A stretch of 63,938 nt of DNA, filler included, from Platydemus manokwari (taxonomy: Eukaryota), in NCBI GenBank assembly GCA_037951405.1. It is 6 parts of 6 records of this genome, joined end to end, with 100 filler letters (N's around TTAATTAATTAA, not from the genome) between each part and the next. Parts side by side here need not be neighbours in the genome. Positions count along the whole stretch, not along the records: positions 10,726 to 21,098 come from JBBMOY011138772.1; positions 21,199 to 33,876 come from JBBMOY010016681.1; 4 more parts are not named here. One strand, 5' to 3'. Below the pieces are notes generated by a model. The model worked only from the letters and a program-made list of their open reading frames with translations, ran no database searches and was not told the DNA's origin. This document shows, in pieces, positions 13,925 to 26,942 of the stretch. Positions within the stretch are counted from its first letter, which is position 1, and each line of letters begins with the position of its first letter. Position numbers and translations under genes: made by a program.

Positions 13925-15080
13925 AAATTTATTTAGAGATGTTATCTTTCTGACCCGATTTGGTCCTGTGCTTTGAATAGAAAGTGGCTTTCAGTTGGTG
14001 AAATTGCCAATGTTGGTATGCAGATTTGATGTTGGACCTGATGCACTCATATCTTATCTTCTCGGTAATATCTCTTTTGAAACCTAGTTTGCGTAGTACG
14101 GTTTCATTTTCTGATGCCCATGTGCCCAGTACTCCGAGCACATACGTATGAAGTTCCACCATCCAACCTAGTTTGGCTTTTTTCACCTCTTTCTGCAGAT
14201 TTTCGTATTTTTGTAGGTTGGCTTCATCCGCACTGTTCATTAGTCGAGGTTCATCCATGGGGCATTTGACGTCAATTATATAGATACAGCTCGTCTTGGT
14301 ATTAATTACTTGCAAATCCACCTTCAGCTTTGATCCGGTAAATTGGCAGGATTTTTCTATTTGCACGTCATTTTCAGTAAAGTTATTGATGTATTTGGCC
14401 AAAATTTCCATTGTTGACCCAGCATGAACTTCTTGTTGAGAGTTGCCAGTGTGTCAAATCGTTCTTGGTGTACAAAGGTAAACTCTGCTATTGAAAGTCC
14501 TCCGTTGTACACAATTGTTTTCCACGTTGAAGTTATTTCCAGCAATATCTTTGTATATCTGCCACATCGAATTTGCCTAGCCCAGTGAAGTTGATAACTT
14601 CTGTTGAAGCATTGTCGGAGTAGTTTGGGTAGTTTTTTCAGGTTCTTTTGGCCCAGTAATTCTTTTTTTTATATATCTCCGTCTTCTGTGCTGATGCATT
14701 AGTAGATTCTGACACCAACTTCTCCATCGATGATTTGGAAGTTGACTGTGGTGAACATTTAGACTTGTGCATATCTGATGGACTCACGAATTTTGTCCCA
14801 TCACGAGTGCTTCTTTTTTCTGGTCCCTGGGTGGAGATTTAACCAGTTTAATGATTCCAAGAAGTTTTGAGCAGATGCCTTCTGTAGGGACTCTTTTGCA
14901 ATTTCCCTGATAATTTTTTGTTTACTGTTTAAAATTGCTAGCCCATTTGATATTGATTGGAATGTGAATTCCGCTACTATGCTTTGCAATCCACAGCCAC
15001 CGTTTGATTTCGTCGAGTATAAGAAGTATGTTGAGCAACATTTTGGTACACCGATTATCTTTTTCAATATCTTCCCGAAG
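13925..15080 (-). mobile_element. 5'-truncated, disrupted non-LTR retrotransposon with restriction-like endonuclease (NeSL/Utopia/R2-R4 group)
   Basis: RT thumb motif LYSTKSNGGCGL (14801-15067); FVHQERFDTL; REL motifs KVDLQV...IIDVKCP, NLQKY, VLGVLGTW (13929-14411); internal stops at 14550-14800; ends near AATAAA on the minus strand. Confidence 0.85.
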
Positions 15081-15479
15081 GATAGGAAAATGTTAGGATA
15101 TTTTAGTTTTTATCGTGGATTTTCATTTATATTTACATAAAATAAATTTCAAAATCATTATTTTAATTTAATTTAGCTTTATTTATGTTCTATATAGAAT
15201 TCAACATAAAGTATTAACCATGTGTTAGTTTTCATGTTTAATTTTCAATGAATCCTTTCAATATCATTCATTATCATTCAAGTTAGAATATTGAAATAAT
15301 ATTGAATGAAACGGGTGTGATTTTTAAATAAATAAATTTTTATGGAAGCAACTTCCTGCTCTCACAGAGATAATTGAATCGACACGTCATCTAGACAATT
15401 GATATTTGTATTAAACTCAAACATATCATTACTCCACTTTTTTAATCAATCCACCTTCTATTGTAAACTTAGACCATTT

Positions 15480-16720
15480 TGATGCTCCACAAATTCTCAC
15501 CATTTGGTCGCCTACTTATCTTTCTTCTAAGTCGAACATATTACTGCCGACATTTCTACATCATCCATCTCTTCTCCAATCATTCTCTTTGAAGTTACCT
15601 AGATTAGAAGACGACTACAATCTCAAGCTTTAAGAACATTTCCCTTCTCCAAACTATCTTCTTCTGCCCATAATTTATATGGTTTAACTTATAAAGACTC
15701 ACTCACGGTTGATCTTCTCAATACCTTTTTATTTGCGTTACACAACAAAATTCATGAATTCATAATCATTCATGATCAATGTTTTTACTCAGCTTCTGCT
15801 AAAACCAGCTCAATGACTCTATTTTGCTTTTCGATCAATTTTCTATTCACATCTCCCTTTGATTTCTCTAACCCACTTGTTATGTAGATATAACACCAAC
15901 AAATTTCATTGATTTGGCTTAACCATTGTCGACCCTAACAATCTATACAATTATCTTGGAGAATCCTCTGATGAAATTAAAAATCAATATTACTGAAATA
16001 TACAACATATATCTGAATAACATCTTCACTATGCTTAGAAATTCCATATCTAGACTATTTTTCTCAAATTGAAACTACCACTTTTATACTTTCATTGTCA
16101 ATAGCGATAACTTCAAAACTAAAGACTTTGAACAGAAAAATTGTAGCATCTTCTAGAAAATTCTCGACATGTGTAGCTCCAAAATACCAAAATTTGCTTT
16201 TTTCTACTCACTTGAAAATTTTGAAATTACACGCGCTTTACTCGATTACTGTGAACAAAGTATTGTGTGTGCATTTCGTTTTCTCACAAGCCTAGACATC
16301 AATTTTTTTCAATTTATCATCTCTTAACGTATCAATACAACTACACACATACTTCAAATCGCCTTTCCAGTTTATGTAAACCTTGGCCTACTCAGAATAA
16401 GTGACCAACCTCCATCTCTTAGAAGTAGCAACGCAACAAAGTGGTTCAAAATTCCGTAAACGTAATAACAACATCACCTTTCTCATCGAAATTATCAAAT
16501 CTTATTCGATTTTGTGCCTAATTCCGATAAACTTTATTTCTTTTCAATTGAAAACCCTGAAAAACTCGTCAATGTTCTCTATGATTCTGTCCAAGTGAGC
16601 TATTTTAATAAACGATTAATCCTTAAAAAGTTATTTGTTCACTGCCTCTCGGCTTCACCCCTTGTCCAGAAACCAATGAAAAACTCTCAACTTGCCCCTG
16701 AAGTTTAAATCTTCAGTCAC
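15480..16720 (+). mobile_element. Decayed non-LTR retrotransposon (probably REL-type)
   Basis: SSAHNLYGLTY (like SAPGPDGLTY), NLYNYLG (like YKYLG, RT domain 7) and HLLE...RKRNNNI (like HxLxxC...RHNxI) in correct order; C-rich strand bias. Confidence 0.5.
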
Positions 16721-16819
16721 CAAACTCGAAATAGCATAATATTTTTTAATTACTGCCTATACATTGTTAAATTTGGCTTGTCCCTTTTCTTTATCCAGTA
16801 CCGTCTCAATATCAAAAGC

Positions 16820-17700
16820 TTTGTTTAAATATTGGTTTTGAGAAAGGCATTTTTATTTATTGAGCACCGAAAAAAATATTTAAGCATGGTTTTATGATTT
16901 TTGAAAACAGGGGCTACTTAAATCCGTGATAATTTTGCGTGGTGTGGTAAACTTCCCCTTCGTTGTTCAGTGTATTTGCTCTATATTTATGCACATGGTG
17001 CCAAGGCTTTTTATTTAAAGTTGTGGATTTTCAGAAAGGTTGAATAATGACTTGCAATTTGCAAGACTAGTTTTATAAAAGTAGTGTGATATTAACACTT
17101 GGCTTTTGTGTTTATATGGAAAAAAATTATTTGGGCATTGAAAAGTTAAAAATCATAACAGACAAGTTCATAAATTAAGAAGATTTTGTTTACAGTGTTC
17201 TTTAAGAAAGAATATTGGAGATTTAAAGGTTATCTATATTCAGAGATTGTTTATCTGAGAAACAATTATCTGGAAGTTGTAAGATGAAAACGAGCATTTG
17301 AAACTAAGGTTTACATGCAAAAGTGATTCAGTTATCTAGAATTTTAGAAGCTTAAAAATCTATAATGTACACTCTACCGGCATGTAAAGATTTTTTTAAT
17401 AAAAATATGAAATTTGAAACGTCACTTGAAAGTTATTGGACAATCTTAGGACATTTATGGGATCAATTGCAGACTGTGGAAGGATATTTTGTTTAATGAA
17501 TTCCATTAAAATCAAGCAAAGAAATATAATGGGCGATGTACATGATTGTAAGAATTAAGAGATATATTCAAAGTAGTGGTTTGATTGATTATATTGTGTG
17601 TACAACGCATGGGTACAGGCAAAAGACGGAAGAGAGAAGAATTAGAATGTTTGTACACAATTGACACAAAGAAAAAATTAGAATGTACAATTTATTTGCT
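16820..17700 (+). mobile_element. Decayed LINE reverse-transcriptase fragment
   Basis: LRKAF (DxxKAFD), LRGV and SPSLFSVF (GVxQGxxLSPxLF), LQFA (LxFADD), IVYL (FxYLG) in order across frameshifts. Confidence 0.5.
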
Positions 17701-17949
17701 TTATGTTATTGTTTTATTGTAGCTTATAGTATTATCTTCAACAGTCTATTGTACCCCTGTTATTAGTCTTGTAAAGAAATAAAGAATCTATAAAATGAAA
17801 AAATTGTTTTCTTGTTTTGTGCACGCAATTAATTTCAGTTTGTCACATTTTGCACAGCACCAAATAATGCACACAGAGACTTGCAAAAATAAGATTGAGT
17901 ACTGCTCTTTAAATCCATTTTCATTGTAACTAATTTAATAATAGCCAAC

Positions 17950-19250
17950 AAATTCATCACTTGATACCTGTTGATTAAAACTTTCATTTGTTTCAGCATT
18001 GTCTGGCTTACCTAGCCAACATTGATCGATTTTTATTTATAATCAATACATCATGTTGTTATTTTCAAAACTGGGTTTTGTCTATACTTTGACAAACAAG
18101 ATTTGAATAAGTTTAAATTATTATGGACCATCACTCATAATACATTAATATCGGTCATAATGACCAGTTTTAATGATCATATCCAATAATAACTCATTTC
18201 CTAACTTGAACACCGCAATTCACAACTTAAAAAAATCACAACTGCTATTCATGTTTTCTTCACATCAATTACTTTTATTAACTTCCAAAAAAATCTTACT
18301 CGATTCCTTAAACCATAATCTTCCAAACATCCTTCCCATCCTACATGTAATCCACATTAACTAATCTCAATTAATCATACCTTATCCTTATTTCCTAGCT
18401 TATCAGTCCATCCTAGATTTTCTTCACATTATTCCCTATAATCTCGTCTAATCACTAACATTTAATTTTACAAACTTAAAGAAATTTGATTATAGTTAAT
18501 TAACACAATTAAATAAAATTTCAAAATTAAATCCCATTTATTTCTGAGTCCACCTTAACAATTTTGAGAAACTTGATCTTAAATTAAATACCTTCAACTT
18601 TTTGCCAAATAACTAATTTCACAAATTCTCACCAATCATTCATATCATGCGTTACTAACATCTACATTTTAAAATATAATTTTACACCCTATCTTCATTG
18701 CCTTTTCTTGAAAAAGTTGAACAAATTTGGTGTTAGAATAAACGTTCTTAGACAATTAAGGTCTAAGTCCAACCAACTATCATTTCTTCAAATAATACCA
18801 CTACATAACCTTTACAACGTCTAATTCAGAAACGTCATGTTGACATTTTCGCTCGACTACTATACAACTATCTCTTTTTCTCTGACTCAAAATTGATGAT
18901 TTTTTAGACTACTCTTTCAGATTGTTAAACTCTATTAATTTACCATTTACATAAAAATTACTATTAAATGCATATAATAATAAATAACAATTTATAGAAA
19001 AAATTTATTTTCTTATATTCTTGCAATCACAAAGGTCTTCTGCTTCATTCGTCTTATTCAAAATGAAATCAAAATTACTCCAATCATTCTAACTCTGAAA
19101 ATTGTGACTAACTAATTACAAGCTAAGCCATCTACAAATTCCTCTAATAAGTACTTATACAAGGGCATGAATAAAATCGATAATAACTTTCCCTCTCTAT
19201 TAAGACCACTTACTTATCTGCATTATACTCTATTAAACAAAAATTTATTC
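17950..19250 (+). mobile_element. Decayed LINE RT remnant
   Basis: VLRQ / LSPTNYHFF (GxRQGxxLSPxLF) near 18745-18790 and IDDF near 18892; C-rich strand. Confidence 0.35.
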
Positions 19251-20112
19251 TTAATTAAACTCAAATTTCGAATTAATTTAATTAAGTAACTTAAACAAAG
19301 ATTTAACTAATTAACTAACTTTAAATATCTTTAATTTTCAAGTTTTTATTAACAATTGTTCTGCATGAATGCACAAATTATATAATAATATTAATTTATT
19401 TTTCCCTAATATGATTTACTTGTTCTGATTTTAGGTGGTCATTTTGTAAATATTTGTATATATTTTTGTGACACTGAAATGTCAATTTTTAAGGCATTGT
19501 CAAGACTCAGAATATAATGTGCTCAAATATCGGAACTTCTTGATTAATAAATCTCGAACCTAGGTGTTAATGTGGGTATCCTCTCACATCATGTTAATAA
19601 GATTGTATTTATATGGAAATTAAGTTTTATTTATAAATTTTGAAATATTTATTAATTAATTAATATATCAAAAACTTTAAATATAAAAAATTATTTTCAC
19701 ATCATATTATACATTTTTATCAATTTTTAATTATTAAATGATGTTTGCTGTAATCTTTAAAATTTTAAATGTTTTCACCTTGATATATCTTAAACGAATT
19801 ATAATTTAATGTTACACTATTGCTATTCAAAAAATTATCAGAAAAATGTCTTTATATAAATTAAATTTCTTAGCATCGTTTGTTTATATAAATTGAAATA
19901 TTTACCTTAGTTACATTGTTAATTTTGTTATTTATGTTTTATAATTTTGATCAATTTAGTTTTCGAAACTTTTAATTTTGCAATAATATTTATTAATTTT
20001 TCATTTTAAAATTAATTAAGATTTTATTTCTACATTTCTATTTTCATAAGTTGTGTATTTTCTTCACATTTAAATTTTTATAAATTTACTCTGTAGGCAA
20101 AAACGAAGTTTT

Positions 20113-20715
20113 ATGGACGTAAATGAAAATAACGCTTTAGAATTGCAAGATCTCGATTCTTCTATAATTCAAAATGAAGTAACAATTGAGTGCAGTGAAC
20201 AAACAAATAATCACAATGATAATAATCAACCACCAGAATCATTTATTAACCATCCCATCCATAATGAAACCCAACAAACGAATGTTAATTTACCCACAAT
20301 GCAACACTTTACAAACACTGAAAACATAAAGCCATGTTGCTATGTAGACATAAATGGTCAACAAATGAACAAACCAATCTATATTTATCATAACAATAAT
20401 ATTTACGTGCAACAGGGTTTGGTGAATCCGTCAGCTATACAATACACAATGGGTCCATTCAATTGTAATGGAGTCGTAACACAACCTGGAATAGCGTATA
20501 ACATGTACGTAACACCACCACCCCAAGCAATCATACAGAACAATCTTCCACCGCCACAAGCAATCATACAGCAAAATATACAACATAATCATTATTCCAA
20601 TCTCACCAATTATGTCATACTTAATAAATTAGGAAAGGGGCAATTTAGTACGGTTTATAAAGCAGTTTATTTAGGCGGGAATGTTCGTACCGTAGTGGCA
20701 TTGAAAAAGATTCAG
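20113..20715 (+). CDS. NEK7-like: NEK6/NEK7-like Ser/Thr kinase, first kinase-containing exon (partial gene)
   Basis: YSNLTNYVILNKLGKGQFSTVYKA...VVALKKIQ matches NEK6/7 subdomains I-II (YNTLANFRIEKKIGRGQFSEVYRA...VALKKVQ). Donor CAG|GTACTT at 20715/20716; upstream acceptor ctgtag at 20096. Later exons not found in the window. Confidence 0.85.
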
Positions 20716-20849
20716 GTACTTGATTTTTGGTCTTTCTTTCAATGATTTTGCTGGTTTATTATTGGAGATTTTGTGATTTGTTATTTGCACGAAATGGTAA
20801 TGATTTGCATTGAGATTCAATCGAGAAAATATTAAGATATTTTATTTAT

Positions 20850-21198
20850 AAATAATAATGATTATAATGATTATAATTAATTATATTAATTTTCATAGTT
20901 ATATTTATAATTATAATAAAAGACAATTATTATTAATGATTAATAATATTTATTATTATAATGATTATTAATAATAGTGGCAATAATAATAATAATACTG
21001 ATAATAATAGTAATGATTATAATAATGATAATAATAGTGGATATTATTATAATAATCTTAATATTGACCATAATAATGATTATAATAATGATGATTATNN
21101 NNNNNNNNNNNNNNNNNNNNNNNNNNNNNNNNNNNNNNNNNNTTAATTAATTAANNNNNNNNNNNNNNNNNNNNNNNNNNNNNNNNNNNNNNNNNNNN

Positions 21199-21275
<77 letters not shown>
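20850..21275. repeat. (AAT)n microsatellite / degenerate AAT-rich tract flanking spacer 21099-21198
   Basis: Directly visible. Confidence 0.9.
21099..21198. other. Artificial 100-bp spacer
   Basis: N44-TTAATTAATTAA-N44. Confidence 0.95.
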
Positions 21276-22399
21276 TTGATTTTCAGATTTACATAAAGAC
21301 ATGATTTGCAAAATAAAATCAATTAATTACAAATTCATTTTTCAACTTTATAGAGCATAATTTCAAAGACAGATGAAAAAATTATAATTATATATGCATC
21401 TCTCTGAGTGAAAAACTAATAAATCTCTGCAGTAAAATACCTATCTGAACATATACTTTATGGTGCATTTGATAGAATAAAACAAAATATTCGGATACTA
21501 ATCTAGGATGCAATTATTCCTATTCTAATTATTTACCCAACTCACTTCTCTGCCTACAGCTCAGCGGTGTAATTATATTCGAATCATACACGTAAATGAG
21601 CGATTTCAATATTAGATGTTATTTCCGAATAATTTAACTTTGAGAATATGAAATGGGTTTCGAAAGATATTCTAAATATTCTGGAAATTTTTGTCAGGCG
21701 ATTATTGTTGAATTCATATAAATTGTTTTGTGTGATAGACAGACTATCATTAATCAGAGCATCACAATATTGAGTATATTTCAAAAGATTAATAAGTCTG
21801 AACCATATTTTTGTTCCTATTATTGGGATGCATTATTGAGATCCACGAAGACAAGATGGTAGAAACTAGTTACTATTTATTTAAAGATAATATTGAAAGA
21901 TAGTCACTGGAATTATTAACTGAGCCATTGATAATATCAATTCACATTGTTGCAGAAATGGGAATTTTGAATAATGAAAGAACGCCCTAACAGAAGACCT
22001 ATTTTATGCATCTTGATATTTGCAAAGAGAGGGACATGGGAGGTGTTCACATTATAAATTCAAAATAACCAAGTCGTGTTTAAAACTGACTCAAATACGT
22101 AATATATTCTCGAAATTCTGAAGCTATCTCATGCTGTTGGGTGCTATTCTGCAGAATCGAATCAAACAAATTAATCACTATTTATTGAAATTCTAATAAA
22201 CCCAAAAAACAAAGCATAAATCCATATGATTGGAGATACAAGAACGTACGAGTAAGAAACAATAGCAAAATCACAGAAACACGAGAAAAAAGTCTATGAC
22301 CAATCAGAGATCAATAATAGATTTTTATGCAATAAATCTGGAAATAAATATTTTATAGGAAAGATAAAGAATTACAAAGTAAGCTTTCCAGTCTAATTT

Positions 22400-23400
22400 A
22401 TAGCAATTAAAACCATTCATATGAAATGAATATGAATTGAGTTATTATGGAATTGTGTTACATTATATGATAACATTGCGTGCAGACAAATTACAGCTTC
22501 AGACATTGTATTTCTTCATTATTTTGATGATCATTTGAATTCCAGTCGGGGCTGTACCAGCAAATCCCCTATAAAAATAGACAACAGCACATTCATTTTT
22601 GAATCGAATATTTTTTATAATCAATATTTTACCCATTCACTGTTTATCTATAATTATATCTTAACACAACAGAATTTCTTTGAAATTCCAGACAACGAGT
22701 GTGTTATAAAATATGATCTATCAATATATTTTTAAAAATACTTAAATAGATAATATCGATAATTTATTATAGATTAATATAGCCCATCACCAAATATGAC
22801 CATTCTTATTTATAGAATGAGCCAGTCGGAGCAAAATGGGTTTCGAAACTCCATTTCATATTGTTATAATCAATGATGAGTTAATAAACTATTTTCTTTT
22901 TGGTAGAAAAGCTATTTAAAGAGTTGAAATACAACCCGGCACACAGTGATCTCAACGATTCTACGAATATAAAGGTTTTTTAAGATTAAAATATAATTTA
23001 CGAGAATTCTCCAGTGAACACAGATCAGGTATGATAAAATAAAAAAAATCGATTTTATTGATCGGTTTCGGTGTTCATAAATAAATCCAAAGTTGATTCA
23101 AATATTCGTTCACTCTCAAAACTCAAAAACGGCTCAATTGAAATATTATATCGGTATTCTTTAAGATTCAACGATAAATTATAAAGAACATTTGCCGATC
23201 TTTTGTCTAGAACAAAATTAGATTTATTGGAAAATGAAACCGTGCTTATCGTCATAATTTTAAAGAGGATTTCACAATGGATTTTTTTCGAGAGCATTTT
23301 CACATTTAATTAATTTTAAAAATGCGTTGGTTGTTAATATAAAATCGAATGATGAGCTTCGATGAACGGTACGATGAGACAAAATCAACAGATTTGTGTC
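22400..23400 (+). mobile_element. Decayed Penelope-like element (GIY-YIG remnant)
   Basis: YIGIL*DSTINYKEHLP at ~23147-23197 resembles YIGxTxRxLxxRxKEH of Penelope GIY-YIG; weak RT traces upstream. Confidence 0.45.
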
Positions 23401-25299
23401 TTCTTAAGGAATATTTATAGATGGTTGCTAAATTATTATAATTATTATTATTATTACTATTGTTATTATTATTATTTTTATAATTAAATGTTAATACATA
23501 GGAAACTAATTAATTCGATAAATGTACAGAAAGAAACTTGTCGAATGTAATTCATAGACATTCATTTGTGTTGTAAAAACACTTTGGAAAACACAAAATA
23601 ATAAATTTCTGTTAAAAATAAAAATTATTCAGCAAATAATGCATGTAACAACTAATAAACGTAAATCTTAAAATAATAAATTATTGAAATGTAGTATCCA
23701 CTTTGGAGATAACCAATCATTAATAAAGAATAAATCATTAATAAATAGAGATGATAGTAACAATCACTGATTAATAATTGATAACCTAGCAAATTTATAC
23801 CAGCTTTACATTTTGGGGAACCATCGCAGACCAATAAAGTTCATTATTAAAAATGTTTAGCCAGATAAACATTAAAAATTTTCCTGAAATAAAACAGATG
23901 TTTTCAAAATAAATAAATAAATAAATACATAAAGAAACATTTCTGAAATTAAAATGAATAACTTGTTTAACTGACCTCATGGTCATGGAAAATCTAACCA
24001 TAATCTAATTTTAGTAACTGTGGGTTGTTACTTAATTTAGTACTGATATGTAAATGTTGCTAAAAATAGAAACAAATATTAAATGCACGCAAAACGGTAT
24101 CACAAAGCATACAAATATTATATAAGCTAGTGAAATCAGACATCCTTCACAAAAATGTTCCACAGAAAATTTTATAACATTTTTTTAACGAATTTTATTG
24201 CTATTTGCATTTATTGGACAATTTCCTTATCTGCTTAGTGTCGATATCTATTATTTTATTCAATTATTTCGAAGCTATTTTGCAAATTCAAAATGAATAA
24301 ATTTTTATTTATTTTCGTTATAGTTAACTTCAGATCCAAGATTATTTCTAGCTTTTTGATCTTTGAAAATTCTATAGAAACTCGATATTTTATAGTTAGA
24401 CTCTCCGGGCCATCTGGGCGGAATGCCTTTTACTGTTCTCTTGAGATCCACAATATATTGTTATTATATGTTGTAATCCTAATCCTAATTAACTAAATAT
24501 ATTTTATTGTTTTATCTAAATTGTCAGTGATTCTAATATAATCAGTATTTATATTCTAAACATCATTAGATTATATTATCCAGATGGTTAATATCACGAC
24601 AACAATTTTTTAGCCGTTGGAGTCCAGATAATTAAGTTAGATTCTAAAACTCGTTTTACAAATATAATAGATGTGCATATTAAACCTAAATTATAAATTT
24701 TTGTATAAACTTATAGAATATTGAACACCATTATTGGTTTTAAAGAAGTGATTTCTCCATCGACCCAAAATGGATGTATGAGATCATGCGAACACAGAAT
24801 TGGAACAAGTTTTGCAAGAACTCATAAACGGTTTTAAAACCACTAAGTGATGATGTTATTCATAATTGATATAATTTTTACGCCATCTTGAGGAAGTGTT
24901 AGGATCCGAATCCACCCACAGTGAATCATTAACAACATATTACACCCACAAATATAATCACATAATTAAAATTACAAAAATAGACTAAAGTCCTAAAATA
25001 GTAATGACGTAATTCCTAAAACAGAAACATGATCAAATATGGAATTTGTAAAATACAAAGAGCACATTAGTAGGAAATAAAGCGCAACCAAACAAATAAA
25101 AAAATCCAATAGAAGCAAAGCCCAGCATTTCAAATTGGCAAATTCAAAGCTGTGAAAGAAAAGTTAAACAAGTTACAATTTAAAAAAATTTTAAAAACGT
25201 GAATTAAAATTTTAAAATTTTAAATACAATAAAAGAACATAGAAATTAAAAATTTTATTTTTACTGTTTAAAGTTTTTATTTATTTGAATGCACTAGAC

Positions 25300-26650
25300 T
25301 TCTAATCATGGCTGGCAAAGTCGATACTTTTTAAAATGATGAAGAAAGCATTGTGTTTAATCGGAAAATATTGCATTTTATTTTGGAACAATTATATTGA
25401 AGAAAACATTTAATTGTGTCCCATTAATCGTCGACGACATTGTATTATTTCGATATGAATGAGACATTTTATCATTAATCCGAAGCAGCAATATAGAATC
25501 AAAGTTTATTTTTATAACACTGGTATCCTTGATATCATATAAAAAACTAATTGCACTTCTCAATTTCTTGTTGAGAGGACTTTTCTGGGACCTGAGCAGT
25601 TAGCCCAATTTGTTATCTTGAAGTACTTTGGATTGTAGTGAGATAAGTTAAGAACATAGAGTGATCATTAAAATACTCTGATAACAGCTACTCTGTCATG
25701 CAGTTTAAGCATTTGATTTGTTACCTAATCGATAGAGTTACAACTGTAGATTGTTTGATTTCCAAAATGAGAACTAAAGAGAACCAAAACCGTGTATAAC
25801 AAATCCATAAGTACCAACAATTGCAGTACTTTTAATACGATGGCGAAATTAAGATAATATTCAAAGCCAAAAAAAATAGTATAATTTGGGATCAGCCTCT
25901 TGATTGCTATATGTGATTTGCAGCTTCATGATGGTTTGTCTTTAGAGAATTTTTGTAGGGGATAATTCCATGACATTTTACTGAGATTTAGCTCCAACCA
26001 GTAATATTCTTAAAAATTTAATTGATGGCAAGGCTATTTTCGTGCCAATTAGAAAGGTCCAATTTGAAAAATTGTATTCACTTAGCAAAAGATATATAGT
26101 ACCAAACTTCGAAGATTTTAAATAAATAATACTTTTAATAAACGCTATATAAAAAATAATCGATTTGTCTCCTTTGAAGAAAAAATTGCGTGGTAACCCA
26201 ATCAAAAATTACACCAAAAAATTAATAATCAATAACAATATAAAACATTATCCCCAATTTCTATAACGAAAGCTATAAATTTATTTATCGATTATCAGCA
26301 GCATCTCCTAAATTGTTGGAATACAATCTTTGCAAGACAGTTGTTGTTGATTCCATGTTAATTAGAATGATTAGATCAATTAATTTATGCCTTTCCATAA
26401 AGTCGTTCATACTGCCTAAGGGGAAAACCGCAAAACATTGTTTATATAATCCAAAAATGTAGTAAAATTGTTTGAATGATTTTCGCAAAAATGCCTGATA
26501 GTGAAAGCTCCTTTGTGCACCCAGTGAGATATCGTTCCAAACTTGTTGTCAAGTACTTTAATAAAGTCAAGTTCGTCCAAAATGATCCAGTTTAAATGCT
26601 AATTTATGCTAGTTGCTGTGAAAAGTATAACTATTGGTATTATTTTTGTG
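25300..26650 (-). mobile_element. Decayed Gypsy pol remnant
   Basis: FTTF / GLYKQCFAVFPLG (~26415-26470) resembles AFTTxxGLYxxxxMPFG; remainder disrupted. Confidence 0.4.
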
Positions 26651-26892
26651 CTTTGTATTTGAAAAGCTTTGTCGTGTCACTTTGGTCATGTGTCCTTGTG
26701 TTAGGTTGTGGATGTATGAATGATATTGACAGCTCAACAGAATGAGTTCCTTTATATGCATAAGAATTGATTGTATTTGAATTTATTAAAATGAATACAC
26801 TAATTAAAACAAAGCCAATTTTAAATTTATTTTGCTGATTAAATTAATTCTTATAAATAATAATACATATTTTATTTATGTAGATATTAATA

Positions 26893-26924
<32 letters not shown>

Positions 26925-26942
26925 TCATTGAAATCATTTATA

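Noticed and set aside
21277-21305. Acceptor-like tgattttcag as NEK exon 2
   Set aside because: Reads IYIKT* and does not match the expected IFxxMD continuation.
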